Assembly: GCA_946533175.1 (NCBI GenBank) | Contig: CAMNBS010000001.1 | Coordinates: forward strand, 35,316 to 99,315 | Source: an uncultured Clostridia bacterium | Lineage (GTDB): Bacteria > Bacillota_I > Bacilli_A > RF39 > UBA660 | Direction: 5' to 3' | DNA: 64,000 nucleotides | Shown: in pieces, positions 27,996 through 38,088 of the stretch | How positions within the stretch are numbered: the stretch's first letter is position 1 | How the letters are laid out: each line of letters starts with the position of its first letter | The notes under the pieces: model-generated | The model's input: only the letters and a program-made list of their open reading frames with translations | Databases searched by the model: none | Told to the model about the DNA's origin: nothing | Translations under genes and position numbers: made by a program

Positions 27996-30809
27996 TTATA
28001 ATATTTTTGATAAAAACTGACCAGTATAACTTTCTTTAACTTTGACTATTTCTTCTGGAGTTCCAGAAGCAACAACAGTTCCTCCTCCAGAACCACCATC
28101 TGGACCTAAATCAATAATATAATCTGCTACTTTTATAACATCCAAATTATGTTCTATAACAATTACAGTATCGCCATTATCTACAATTCTTTCTAAAATT
28201 ACTAATAATTTTTTAATATCATCTGTATGAAGGCCAGTTGTTGGTTCATCAAGAATAAATAAACTTTTTCCTGTAGGCTTTTTTTGAAGTTCTTTAGCCA
28301 ATTTAACACGACCTGCTTCACCACCAGATAAAGAAGGAGCACTTTGACCAAGCTTAACATAACCTAGACCGACATCTTCCATTGTTTGAAGTTTATGTTT
28401 TATTTTAGGTACATTACTAAAAAAATCTAAAGCTTCACTAACCCGCATTTCCAAAACTTCCGCAATATTCTTTCCTTTATACTTAACGCTTAATGTTTCA
28501 CTATTATAACGTGTTCCATGACATACTTCACAAGGAACATAAACATCAGGTAAAAAATGCATTTCTATTTTTTTAACACCATCGCCCCAACAAGCTTCAC
28601 AACGACCTCCCTTAACATTAAAAGAAAATCGATTCTTACCATAGCCTAATAATCTAGCCTCTTTGGTATTTGTAAATAAATCCCTAATATCATCAAAAAC
28701 ACCAGTATAAGTAGCAGGATTACTCCTTGGAGTACGTCCAATTGGATTTTGACTAATAAAAACTAACTTATCAATATTTTCAATTCCATTAATTTTATCA
28801 TGATCAAGTGGTTTATCTTTTGATTTGTATAATTTAGAACTAATAGCTTTCATTAATATTTCATTAACTAAACTTGATTTACCACTACCGGATACACCAG
28901 TCACACAAGTAAATGTATTAAGAGGAAATTTTACGTTAATATTCCTTAAATTATTAGCACGAGCCCCAACTACTTCTAAATACTTTTTATTACCCTTACG
29001 ACGTTTTTTAGGAATATCTATTTTTAAAATACCTTTTAAGTATTTACCAGTTAAACTATTTGGATTATTCATTACTTCCGAAGGAGTTCCGGCAGCAACA
29101 ACATAACCACCTTTATCACCTGCCCCAGGACCTATATCCACTAAATAATCAGCAGCAAGCATTGTATCCGTATCATGTTCTACAACAATTAATGTATTTC
29201 CTAAATCGCGCATTTCTTGAAGAGAACGTATTAACTTTTCATTATCTTTTTGATGAAGACCAATACTTGGTTCATCTAAAACATACAAAACACCAGTTAA
29301 TCTTGAACCTATTTGAGTTGCTAATCTTATTCTTTGACTTTCTCCTCCTGACAAAGTTCCAGCATTTCTCGCTAGAGTTAAATAATCAAGTCCCACGTTA
29401 TGTAAAAAATTCAATCTGTTTTTTATTTCGCTAATTAAAAGGTTTGCAATTTCTTCCTCTTTTTTTGTTAATTTTAATTCACTAAACCAACTTAAAATGT
29501 CTTTAATAGACATACATGTAATGTCAAATATATTCTTTTTATCAACAAAAATATTTAAAACACTATCATCAAGTCTTGCACCATGGCATTTTGGACATTC
29601 TAATTCAATCATATAATTAGATAACCAATCTCTTATCCATTCACTTGATGTTTCCATATATCTTCTTTCTAAATTATTAATAACGCCTTCATAAAAATTG
29701 TTATTTTTCATAACATTACCGCTTTTAGTAGTTATTTTAAATTCAATTAATTCATTTGAACCATATAATATAATATTCTGTTTTTCTTTACTTATTTTAT
29801 TAAATGGTTTATTCATATCTATTCTGTAATGCTTACAAACAATTTCTAGTTTACGATAATCAATTGATTCCTTATCATCCGATAATGTAACAATACAATT
29901 TTCATTCAAACTTTTATCCTTATTAGGAATTACTAAATCGGGATCAATTTTTAATTTAGTGCCTAAACCCTTACATTCTTTACAAGCACCATATGGACTA
30001 TTAAAACTAAATAATCTTGGTTCTAATTCTGGCAATGAATAATTACATTCCGGACAAGCATACTTGGTGGAAAATAATATTTCACCTTCACCCAAAACAT
30101 CAACTACAACCTTACCATCAGCTTTATTAGTAGCTAGTTCAATTGATTCATAAAGTCTACTCCTTATATCTTCTTTAATTACAATACGATCAATAATAAT
30201 ATCTATCTTATCTTTAATATTCTTTTCCAATGTAATTTCTTCAGATAAATCAAATATTTCACCATTAACACGTACTCGAATAAAACCTTCTTTACGAAGA
30301 GAATCAAATAAATCCTTATGTGTCCCTTTTTCACCATGAACTATAGGTGACATAATAACTAATTTCGTTCCAATAGGATATTCCAATAATTTGTTAACTA
30401 TTTCTTCAACACTTTGACTTTTAATTGGTCGATGATGATAAGGACAGTACGGAACACCAATTCTAGCAAACAAAAGACGTAAATAGTCATATATTTCTGT
30501 TACCGTACCAACTGTACTTCTAGGGTTATTATTAATCGATTTCTGATCAATACTAATACTAGGAGATAAACCCTCTATACTATCAACATCAGGTTTTTCA
30601 CTTCCTCCTAAAAATTGTCTTGCATAAGCAGATAAACTTTCAATGTAACGTCGTTCACCCTCAGCATAAATAGTATCAAAAGCAAGAGATGATTTACCAC
30701 TTCCTGATAATCCAGTCATTACAATTAATTTATTTTTTGGAAGCTCTAAATCAATATTTTTTAAATTATTCTCACGAGCTCCTTTAATAATAATTTTATC
30801 CATAAACAC
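27996..30809 (-). CDS. uvrA: Excinuclease ABC subunit A
   Basis: Two ABC modules: GLSGSGKSSLAFDTIYAEGERRY and GVSGSGKSSLVNEIL; zinc-finger cysteines; signatures LSGGESQRIRLA and LSGGEAGRVKLA. Confidence 0.95.
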   Translation of the reverse strand: MFMDKIIIKGARENNLKNIDLELPKNKLIVMTGLSGSGKSSLAFDTIYAEGERRYIESLSAYARQFLGGSEKPDVDSIEGLSPSISIDQKSINNNPRSTVGTVTEIYDYLRLLFARIGVPYCPYHHRPIKSQSVEEIVNKLLEYPIGTKLVIMSPIVHGEKGTHKDLFDSLRKEGFIRVRVNGEIFDLSEEITLEKNIKDKIDIIIDRIVIKEDIRSRLYESIELATNKADGKVVVDVLGEGEILFSTKYACPECNYSLPELEPRLFSFNSPYGACKECKGLGTKLKIDPDLVIPNKDKSLNENCIVTLSDDKESIDYRKLEIVCKHYRIDMNKPFNKISKEKQNIILYGSNELIEFKITTKSGNVMKNNNFYEGVINNLERRYMETSSEWIRDWLSNYMIELECPKCHGARLDDSVLNIFVDKKNIFDITCMSIKDILSWFSELKLTKKEEEIANLLISEIKNRLNFLHNVGLDYLTLARNAGTLSGGESQRIRLATQIGSRLTGVLYVLDEPSIGLHQKDNEKLIRSLQEMRDLGNTLIVVEHDTDTMLAADYLVDIGPGAGDKGGYVVAAGTPSEVMNNPNSLTGKYLKGILKIDIPKKRRKGNKKYLEVVGARANNLRNINVKFPLNTFTCVTGVSGSGKSSLVNEILMKAISSKLYKSKDKPLDHDKINGIENIDKLVFISQNPIGRTPRSNPATYTGVFDDIRDLFTNTKEARLLGYGKNRFSFNVKGGRCEACWGDGVKKIEMHFLPDVYVPCEVCHGTRYNSETLSVKYKGKNIAEVLEMRVSEALDFFSNVPKIKHKLQTMEDVGLGYVKLGQSAPSLSGGEAGRVKLAKELQKKPTGKSLFILDEPTTGLHTDDIKKLLVILERIVDNGDTVIVIEHNLDVIKVADYIIDLGPDGGSGGGTVVASGTPEEIVKVKESYTGQFLSKIL

Positions 30810-30899
30810 TCCAAATCTCTATTATTTTATCACAAAATTAATATTTTTTACTATTAATTATCTAAAAATAAATATTTACACAAGAAATATCAAATAAAT

Positions 30900-30928
30900 T
30901 GCATAAAAAAAGTGTAAATGATATAATA
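30900..30928 (+). promoter_or_regulatory. Near-consensus sigma-A promoter for the small plus-strand gene
   Basis: -35 TTGCAT, 17-nt spacer, -10 TATAAT. Confidence 0.5.
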
Positions 30929-30961
30929 ATTATGAAAATATAGCGAGAAATGGAGATAATA

Positions 30962-31228
30962 ATGGAAAATATTTTTAATTTTAACCACGGTGATGAACAT
31001 TCTACTAATAATACTGAACCTTTTCATTTTGAAACAAGAAATGATGAACCACAAAAGAAAAAATCATCATCTGGCGATGATACGTTGGGACATAGCATTG
31101 AACCATTAGCCAATTTTCGTTTAGAAATTGAAAGATTGAAAAAAAAGAAAGAAGAAGTATTACGATTAAAAAGAGAACAAGAACAACGTAAACAAGAAGA
31201 ACAAAAAAATAGTGGATTTCAAAGATAA
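30962..31228 (+). CDS. Small charged hypothetical protein (88 aa) with C-terminal K/E/R/Q-rich helix
   Basis: RBS GGAG 6 nt before the ATG at 30962; strong promoter upstream; hairpin terminator overlapping the stop. Confidence 0.45.
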   Translation: MENIFNFNHGDEHSTNNTEPFHFETRNDEPQKKKSSSGDDTLGHSIEPLANFRLEIERLKKKKEEVLRLKREQEQRKQEEQKNSGFQR

Positions 31229-31236
31229 TCCACTAT
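31211..31236. terminator. Bidirectional rho-independent terminator between convergent genes
   Basis: AGTGGATT-(8-nt loop)-AATCCACT followed by TATTTTTAT. Confidence 0.6.
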
Positions 31237-31238
31237 TT

Positions 31239-31898
31239 TTATCCATTAGTAATTGCTCCATCTTCTTCTAATGATATCATTTCACCTAAATATTTACTTT
31301 TCGGTTTTAAAATGCATTTAATAAAATTTTTATCGCGTGAGAATATTTCTCTTATTTCATTTTTTAACATGATACTTTTATAAGGAATTTCATTTGCTTC
31401 AACACCTATAGCATCAATATTTAAAGCATGAGCAATATATAATGCACGATATAAATGATATTTTTGAGTTACAATAACTATTTTCTTGGCATTAAAAACA
31501 TATTTTGCTCGATAAATACTATCATATGTAGTAAATCCTGCATGATCTAAAAAGATATCTTTTCTATCTATTCCTTTTTCTAATATATAATCACGCATAA
31601 CATTTACTTCATCATATTTTTCCGTTCCATGATCTCCCGATAATATCAATTTCGTATTTAAAAGTTGATATATTTCTTCACCTTTATCAAGGCGATAGCT
31701 AAGCATTAAACTAGGACCATCACTATATGCCTTACATCCTAAAACTAATATTGCATCTATATCGTGATAATTACTAATATCATTAATATTAACAATTCTA
31801 TTCTCCACTGTCTTTATCATGTAATTATTTATTAAAAAAGTACCAACAAGTAAAAACAAAAGCATTCCAATTATCCAAAACCAAATTTTCTTTTTCAT
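31239..31898 (-). CDS. SanA/YdcF-like DUF218 protein (membrane anchored)
   Basis: DUF218 pattern: DAILVLGCKAY...PSLMLSYRLDKG...LILSGDHGTEKYDEVNVMRDY...IVIVTQKYHLYRALYIA; N-terminal TM. Confidence 0.7.
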   Translation of the reverse strand: MKKKIWFWIIGMLLFLLVGTFLINNYMIKTVENRIVNINDISNYHDIDAILVLGCKAYSDGPSLMLSYRLDKGEEIYQLLNTKLILSGDHGTEKYDEVNVMRDYILEKGIDRKDIFLDHAGFTTYDSIYRAKYVFNAKKIVIVTQKYHLYRALYIAHALNIDAIGVEANEIPYKSIMLKNEIREIFSRDKNFIKCILKPKSKYLGEMISLEEDGAITNG

Positions 31899-31904
31899 AA
31901 CTTT

Positions 31905-32204
31905 TTAACTATCTAAATAATTCAATTCCTTTTTATTATTTTTGTCAATAACATATTGTTCTAAAGCTCCATAATAAGTACCAATAAATTCTCCACCAAG
32001 AACAACAATCACTAATAAAAGATATAATAATAGATAGAATGTCCACAAGTAAAAATAACTTGAATAAATTAATAATAAACTAATTCCTAAAGTAGATAAA
32101 AAATCTATCATAATCCCTAATCTCATCCATAACACTTTCATTCTGCCATTAGGTGTATCACGAAATTCTTTTTTATCTTCATTCGTAATATATATTTTTT
32201 TCAT
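31905..32204 (-). CDS. Small 2-3 TM membrane protein, unknown function
   Basis: 99-aa hydrophobic ORF following the DUF218 gene. Confidence 0.35.
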   Translation of the reverse strand: MKKIYITNEDKKEFRDTPNGRMKVLWMRLGIMIDFLSTLGISLLLIYSSYFYLWTFYLLLYLLLVIVVLGGEFIGTYYGALEQYVIDKNNKKELNYLDS

Positions 32205-32254
32205 CCACGACTCCTATATTATCATTATAGGTTATTTTTTATTTAAAAACAAGA

Positions 32255-32280
32255 AAAGACATTAAATTATTAATGTCTTT
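32255..32280 (-). terminator. Rho-independent terminator after rplL
   Basis: Perfect 11-bp stem AAAGACATTAA/TTAATGTCTTT, loop ATTA, U-run on the mRNA strand. Confidence 0.6.
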
Positions 32281-32299
32281 TATCATACTTTACACTAGC

Positions 32300-32671
32300 T
32301 TATTTAACTTCTACTTCAGCGCCAGCTTCTTCTAATTTAGCTTTAATTTCATTAGCTTCATCAACGGAAATGTTTTCTTTTACAGCACCACCATTGTCGG
32401 CGATATCTTTAGATTCTTTTAATCCAAGACCAGTAATTTCTTTAATAACCTTAATTACATTAACTTTAGCAGCTCCTGCATTAACTAATGTAACAGTTAC
32501 AGTACTTGGTCCTTCGTTAGCAGCTTCAGCTCCTGCTACTGGTGCAGCTACAGCTACACTACTAGGATCTACTCCAAATTCCTCTTTCATTGCATCAACT
32601 AATTCTTTAATTTCTAATAAGTTCATTTCCTTTAATGAATTAATAAATTCATCTCTTGTTAATTTTGCCAT
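32300..32671 (-). CDS. rplL: 50S ribosomal protein L7/L12
   Basis: Ala-rich hinge and typical C-terminal domain ...KVIKEITGLGLKESKD... Confidence 0.9.
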   Translation of the reverse strand: MAKLTRDEFINSLKEMNLLEIKELVDAMKEEFGVDPSSVAVAAPVAGAEAANEGPSTVTVTLVNAGAAKVNVIKVIKEITGLGLKESKDIADNGGAVKENISVDEANEIKAKLEEAGAEVEVK

Positions 32672-32693
32672 TTTCTTTCTCCTCCTATTTTTA

Positions 32694-33182
32694 TTATTCC
32701 TTATCCTTAGAATATAAATCTAAGCATATTGATAAATCCTTAACAATACCAATCATTCCTCCAGCAAGCATTGTAAGTAGTCCATCGCGTGATGGAATAG
32801 TTGCTAAACTTGCTAACTTATTCTTATCTGTAATTTCATTATCAACAATTCCTACTTTAAGAATAACTGACTCATGTTTTTTTGCAAAATCAGTTAATAC
32901 TTTAATAGGTGCTATTTGATCAGATGAATAAGCAAGAGCACTTGGTCCAACAAGACTTTCATCAATATTAATGTTTAAATCGTTTAAAGCACGGGCCATT
33001 AATGTATTTTTATATACTTTATAATCGCCACCAGCATTTCTTAACGCTCTTCTTAATTCTTTAGCTTCACTATCAGTAAGTCCACGATAATCAAACAAAA
33101 CAACACCATTGGCATTATTAATATGTTCTTTTATTTCATCGATTACTTCTTGTTTTTTAGCTAAAATACTAGCATTTGCCAT
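32694..33182 (-). CDS. rplJ: 50S ribosomal protein L10
   Basis: Typical L10 sequence; operon position rplJ-rplL. Confidence 0.9.
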   Translation of the reverse strand: MANASILAKKQEVIDEIKEHINNANGVVLFDYRGLTDSEAKELRRALRNAGGDYKVYKNTLMARALNDLNINIDESLVGPSALAYSSDQIAPIKVLTDFAKKHESVILKVGIVDNEITDKNKLASLATIPSRDGLLTMLAGGMIGIVKDLSICLDLYSKDKE

Positions 33183-33345
33183 TTTGCCTCCTTTATATTA
33201 TTATCTATTTCCTGTTACCATAAATAAAAGTCCTTATAGCATAGAATAAGGACTTTAATTCATAAAGATTCTTGTCCTCGGTAGGATTTACATATTACCT
33301 ACTGTCTATGGCACCAACAAACATAGTTATTATAACATAATTTTA
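33183..33345 (-). promoter_or_regulatory. rplJ 5' leader (candidate L10(L12)4-binding autoregulatory leader)
   Basis: 163-nt untranslated gap between rplA and rplJ with two stable hairpins (AAGTCCTTAT...ATAAGGACTT; GGTAGG...CCTACT), as expected for the Firmicute L10 leader. Confidence 0.3.
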
Positions 33346-34044
33346 TTATTTGTCAAATGAATTTAGACTAATTTTAATACCAGGTCCCATTGTACTAGAA
33401 ATGGAAATATTTTTTACAAAATCTCCTTTAACAGTAGATGGTTTTAACTTAATAATAGTTGTAACAAAACTATCTAAATTTTCAACTAATTTTCCTTCGT
33501 CAAAACTAGCTTTACCAATGATACTATGAATATTACCAAATGTATCAGTACGATATTCAACACGTCCAGCTTTAACATCGTTAATTGCCTTAGCAACATC
33601 ATTAGTAACTGTTCCAGTCTTTGGATTAGGCATTAATCCTTTAGGTCCTAAAACACGTCCTAATTTACCAAGAAGCGGCATTGTTTCAGGTGTTGCAATT
33701 AAAGTATCAAAACCAAACCAGTTTTCTTTTTCAATTTTTTCTAACATGTCAGTATCACCAACAAAATCAGCACCAGCTTCACGAGCTATCTTAGCTTGAT
33801 CTCCTTTAGCAATAACTAAAACTTTTTTGTCCTTTCCAGTACCATTAGGTAAAAGAATAGCTCCACGTAATTGTTGATCAGCTTTTTTAGTGTCAACATT
33901 TAAATTCATAGCTATTTCAATAGTAGCATCAAACTTACTATTTGAAGTTTCTTTTACTAATTTACAAGCTTCTTCTTTAGAATATAAACGACCTTTTTCA
34001 ATTTTAGATACAGCTTCGTTATATCTTTTTCCTCTTTTTTTCAT
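33346..34044 (-). CDS. rplA: 50S ribosomal protein L1
   Basis: Typical L1 (KRGKRY..., [15 protein letters not shown]). Confidence 0.9.
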   Translation of the reverse strand: MKKRGKRYNEAVSKIEKGRLYSKEEACKLVKETSNSKFDATIEIAMNLNVDTKKADQQLRGAILLPNGTGKDKKVLVIAKGDQAKIAREAGADFVGDTDMLEKIEKENWFGFDTLIATPETMPLLGKLGRVLGPKGLMPNPKTGTVTNDVAKAINDVKAGRVEYRTDTFGNIHSIIGKASFDEGKLVENLDSFVTTIIKLKPSTVKGDFVKNISISSTMGPGIKISLNSFDK

Positions 34045-34127
34045 TTCTACCTCCTTGTGGTCATAATGGAAATTATTTTGATAAGTGTATTTCCTTCCAC
34101 ATAGTTTAACTATATGTTTTTATTTTA

Positions 34128-34559
34128 TTATTTTATTTCAACGCCCATATTTTGAGCAGTACCTTTAACCTGTTTCATAGCACTTTCAACATCATAAGCA
34201 TTTAAATCAGGTAATTTAATTTCAGCTATTTCACGTAATTGTGCTTCGGTTAAAGATCCAACTGGTTCATTTTTTCCTTTAGTTGAACCCTTTTTTATTT
34301 TAGCATATTTTTTAATTAAAAATGCTGTAGGTGGAGTCTTAATTATAAAGTCAAATGTTCTATCTTCATAAATAGATATTTCAACTGGTAAGACATCTCC
34401 CATCTTATCTCTTGTTTGTTCATTATACTTAGTACAAAACTCTTGTAAGTTAATTCCGGCAGGTCCTAAAACTGTTCCAACTGGTGGAGCTGGAGTAGCA
34501 CGTCCTGCTTCAATAGCTAACTTTACTTTTTTTACTACTTCTTTTGCCACGAAAAACAC
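34128..34559 (-). CDS. rplK: 50S ribosomal protein L11
   Basis: Typical L11 (PPVGTVLGPAGINLQEFCTKYN...). Confidence 0.9.
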   Translation of the reverse strand: MFFVAKEVVKKVKLAIEAGRATPAPPVGTVLGPAGINLQEFCTKYNEQTRDKMGDVLPVEISIYEDRTFDFIIKTPPTAFLIKKYAKIKKGSTKGKNEPVGSLTEAQLREIAEIKLPDLNAYDVESAMKQVKGTAQNMGVEIK

Positions 34560-34738
34560 CTCCTATTTCATTATTTTATTTTCCGCGAGTGGTCTCGAAT
34601 CACTTATCACTTTTCTCCCACTAAATCTATATTTAATTAAATATAGCGATATCATTCTACCATTAAAGCATTAAAAAATCAATTATTTTTTTTACTTAAA
34701 TAGTATTTTCTATAAATTTTATCACTTTTTTAGCATAA

Positions 34739-35275
34739 TTATGCTTTTTCTACTTGATCAAGAGGCACTTCAATACTTGTTTCTTGTCCAAATAAATCAA
34801 CAATAGCATTAACTAATTTTTGTTCTAAATCAATGCTTTCAATTGTTCCAGACATACCAACAAATGGTCCATCTGTAATTTTAATTTTATCGCCTTCTTT
34901 TAATTCGGCATTAATCTTTTCTTTGGTAATTCCCATATTTTTTAGAATATTATCTACTTCATATGGTTGTAAAGGTGTTGGCTTAGCACCTTTTCCAGAA
35001 GAACCAATAAATCCTGTAACTCCTGGAGTATTACGAACAACAAACCATGCTTCGTCAGTCATTACCATTTCTATTAAAATATATCCTGGAAAAATTTTCT
35101 TTATTTTCTCTTTTGTCACCCCATCTTTTTCTTCAATAACTTTTTGTTCTGGAACAACAACGCGACATATTTTATCTTCCATATTCATTGATTGAGCACG
35201 CATTTCGATTTTTTCTTTAACCATATTCTCATGACCAGAATATGTATTAACAACATACCATTTTTTCTCTTCCAT
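34739..35275 (-). CDS. nusG: Transcription termination/antitermination factor NusG
   Basis: NGN domain KWYVVNTYSGHENMVKEKIE and KOW motif GDKIKITDGPFVGMSGTIESID. Confidence 0.9.
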   Translation of the reverse strand: MEEKKWYVVNTYSGHENMVKEKIEMRAQSMNMEDKICRVVVPEQKVIEEKDGVTKEKIKKIFPGYILIEMVMTDEAWFVVRNTPGVTGFIGSSGKGAKPTPLQPYEVDNILKNMGITKEKINAELKEGDKIKITDGPFVGMSGTIESIDLEQKLVNAIVDLFGQETSIEVPLDQVEKA

Positions 35276-35277
35276 AA

Positions 35278-35454
35278 TTACACCAACGTCTTAATAAAGG
35301 CCACAGCCAAATCAATTAAATAAAAGAATAAAGCAAAAAATACTACAAAAGTAATTGTTGCAATCGAATATTTAACCATATCTTTTTTTGTTGGCCATTT
35401 TACTTTACCTAATTCCTTTTTAACTTCTCCAAAGAATTTTTTAATTTTTTTCAT
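35278..35454 (-). CDS. secE: Preprotein translocase subunit SecE (58 aa; too short for the ORF track)
   Basis: My translation from ATG 35454: MKKIKKFFGEVKKELGKVKWPTKKDMVKYSIATITFVVFFALFFYLIDLAVAFIKTLV*. Single C-terminal TM, conserved KVxWP motif, RBS AAAGGAGA, immediately upstream of nusG. Confidence 0.65.
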   Translation of the reverse strand: MKKIKKFFGEVKKELGKVKWPTKKDMVKYSIATITFVVFFALFFYLIDLAVAFIKTLV

Positions 35455-35666
35455 AAAACAAATTCTCCTTTTTAAACCAAAATAAAAACACCTTCGTGCA
35501 CATATAAAATATCACACTCAGGTGAAAAAAGCAAGTTTTTTTTAATACAATCATTAATTATATGATAAATTTCAATGGAAATATATTTATCACGATGTTT
35601 AAGATTAATTCCTTTAACAGATAATTGCCGTGTTTTTTCTTCTTTCAAAATACAAAAAATCTATTT

Positions 35667-37001
35667 TTATTTATTTTTTGATTGTTCTTCAACGTTTCCT
35701 TTACATTTTTGAATAACATTATTTACATACCTACTCTTCAGCTCTCCTAACTTACTTATAACTTCTAAATGCGTTGGCGTTGAATTATTCCATATAATTG
35801 CTGCATCTTTATATTTAAAAGCAAAATTTGAGTCACAAGCAGCATTATATGTATAAGAATATACTATATATTTCACAATGGGAGAACAATCCATAAATGA
35901 CATTACATTTTCCCATTCATATTTACCACCATTATTTATATAATTACTATAATTACTATAATAATTAGAATCAGCCAAAAGAATTCTATTACACCATTTT
36001 TTACAAAAATCATACATCTTATTTTCATTATACAAATTTCTAGTTCCACCATAATGAATTTCCATATCCGGTTCAATTTCAAACAACAATTCAAACAGTA
36101 TGTTTCTATTAGCAGTATTTTCTTCAGTAAAATTCCGATGCTTCAATGAATAAGTCATCATTGACTCATCACCATAGTTTAAATTACCTTTAACAATATT
36201 ATCAATATAATTTATTAAAAAATACCCATCAGATCGTGTTATGTTTTCATAATTTTCATTCATGTAATCTAAAAATACTCTTTCAAATCTTGGATAATTT
36301 TCAATAATAAAATTATCATGTTGTGAAAGATGTAAATTATATCGATCAGATGAATCATGATTTTCCCAACGAATAATTGGACTTTGACTTAGTTGAGTTC
36401 TTTCAGTTAATTTATAAGTCGATAAAGTTGCTGATAATATTGCAATACTTGCAATAAAACTAATTGTAATTTTAAGGGCTCTTTTTCTTGATTGCTTTCT
36501 TCTCTCTATATCTCTTATTAATTCTTCCCTTATATGCTGTGCACGTCTTCCATTTTGAGGACCGGAAAGTAACTTATCACGATAATGTTTTTTTGATTTA
36601 TATTCAGAAATAGAATGAGCAAAATCATCTTGAGCACGCTCAATAGCTTCTCTAATTTTCTGCCTTTTATCTAAAACTGCATCCCGAGCATTATTGGCCA
36701 AACGTCCTGGAAGTTTAAATATTGAATGGTCATATATATCACATAATGATTCTCTTTGTTTTCCTGTCCAATAGTCAAAAAATAGAACAGGTTCATATAA
36801 CTTATGTGAAGATAAAAAATTAATAATTTCATAGTACTTATCGGTACCATCAATTCTTCTTTGATATACTCGTTCAATTCTATCCGGATCATCAATTGTA
36901 TACTCCAAAATACAATAAGTTTTGTCAAAACCATATTGATCAAAGTACACTCTTAATCTTACAAATTTTTCTTTTTTATTAAAATCTAATATTGGTTCCA
37001 T
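35667..37001 (-). CDS. Hypothetical bitopic membrane protein (about 190-aa cytoplasmic N-domain, 1 TM, about 230-aa Cys/Tyr/Asn-rich ectodomain)
   Basis: Single central TM ITISFIASIAILSATL; N-domain charged and helical; C-domain has 6 Cys and NYYSNYSNY repeats. No family recognised. Confidence 0.5.
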   Translation of the reverse strand: MEPILDFNKKEKFVRLRVYFDQYGFDKTYCILEYTIDDPDRIERVYQRRIDGTDKYYEIINFLSSHKLYEPVLFFDYWTGKQRESLCDIYDHSIFKLPGRLANNARDAVLDKRQKIREAIERAQDDFAHSISEYKSKKHYRDKLLSGPQNGRRAQHIREELIRDIERRKQSRKRALKITISFIASIAILSATLSTYKLTERTQLSQSPIIRWENHDSSDRYNLHLSQHDNFIIENYPRFERVFLDYMNENYENITRSDGYFLINYIDNIVKGNLNYGDESMMTYSLKHRNFTEENTANRNILFELLFEIEPDMEIHYGGTRNLYNENKMYDFCKKWCNRILLADSNYYSNYSNYINNGGKYEWENVMSFMDCSPIVKYIVYSYTYNAACDSNFAFKYKDAAIIWNNSTPTHLEVISKLGELKSRYVNNVIQKCKGNVEEQSKNK

Positions 37002-37064
37002 GAATTACCTCCATAATTTACAAATGATGACAACTTTAAAACTAATCTGTATTATTTGGTTATT

Positions 37065-37673
37065 TTACCTATAAAAAATAAAATATACAACAATAACAAT
37101 TAAAAATACTAAACATAATACTGCTGGTAAAAGAAGTATTTTAGCATAACCATTTTCTTTATCACTAAAAGCTCTTCCTACTGCTGTTGATTTTGTATAA
37201 ACCAAACTACTATTTTTATTATTTCCTCGATCATTATTATAATTTAAAGCAAAATTATTAATATAATCAATATTACCACGCATAAAAACATCTATATAAT
37301 ATTCTTGAAACATTTTAGGTATTTTCCCATTTTCTAAAAACATATCTAAATTATCAATTAAATAACTAATAAATTCTTTGTTAGTATAAAACTTATTAAA
37401 TCGATTAAAAGCACAAATACCAATGGAACACATCTCTAAAATATCTTGTTTATCGCCATTTGAATTAAAACCTTCCTGTTCTTGTTTAATATAATCAACT
37501 TTATTTTTAAATGAAGCTAAGGTTATTTCATCATTAATAACTTCTATATCTGCCATATCACTAACCACATAATAATTATTTTGATGTAATTCCATTACAC
37601 TTTTATCTAAAAGCATCAATCGACTTGTTAATTCATTATTTGGTATATGACTAAGAAAATCTTTCAATTTCAT
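37065..37673 (-). CDS. Hypothetical tail-anchored protein (C-terminal TM)
   Basis: 202 aa; hydrophobic C-terminus ILLLPAVLCLVFLIVIVVYFIFYR. Confidence 0.45.
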   Translation of the reverse strand: MKLKDFLSHIPNNELTSRLMLLDKSVMELHQNNYYVVSDMADIEVINDEITLASFKNKVDYIKQEQEGFNSNGDKQDILEMCSIGICAFNRFNKFYTNKEFISYLIDNLDMFLENGKIPKMFQEYYIDVFMRGNIDYINNFALNYNNDRGNNKNSSLVYTKSTAVGRAFSDKENGYAKILLLPAVLCLVFLIVIVVYFIFYR

Positions 37674-37724
37674 AAAATCACCCTATTCTAAAATAATTAT
37701 AACACAATCTTTTTCTTTAAACAA

Positions 37725-38087
37725 TTATTTTTTTATCTTACTTTTCTTTGCATAGTGATTTCCAATTATTTGATAACAGATAAGTGCTAATAATAATGAT
37801 AAAAGAGTTCCAAATAATAAAGATATTACTGCATTATTATATAATTTAATAACAAAAGTTATAGCAAAAGATAAGATTATTGTTGTAACAAAACTTACTA
37901 TTTTAACCATACTATAAATATCAATTTTTTTATAGTCAATATGATATTTTATTAGTATTAAATTCACTTCCACTGGTACATAATCTTTATTCTTTTTACA
38001 TTTTCTTATAATAAAGAAATAATATAATGTATAAATAATTAAAAACGTAGCCAAAAATTCTATAATTGTCATATAAATATTTTCCAT
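37725..38087 (-). CDS. Small polytopic membrane protein (3-4 TM)
   Basis: 120-aa hydrophobic ORF; its start is 1 nt from the GH31 stop. Confidence 0.4.
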   Translation of the reverse strand: MENIYMTIIEFLATFLIIYTLYYFFIIRKCKKNKDYVPVEVNLILIKYHIDYKKIDIYSMVKIVSFVTTIILSFAITFVIKLYNNAVISLLFGTLLSLLLALICYQIIGNHYAKKSKIKK

Positions 38088-38088
38088 A

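Noticed and set aside
30810-30949. LexA/Cheo box upstream of uvrA
   Set aside because: No GAAC-N4-GTTC motif in the uvrA upstream region.
35455-35666. Possible rpmG (L33) or a tRNA upstream of secE
   Set aside because: I translated all frames of the minus strand. Only a short Met-less frame containing ...SPECDILYVHEG... turned up, with no L33-like CxxC...CxxC pattern and no tRNA cloverleaf. Treated as promoter/terminator space.
36671-36943. 90-aa ORF inside the 444-aa membrane protein gene
   Set aside because: Alternative frame of a well-supported longer CDS; no RBS.
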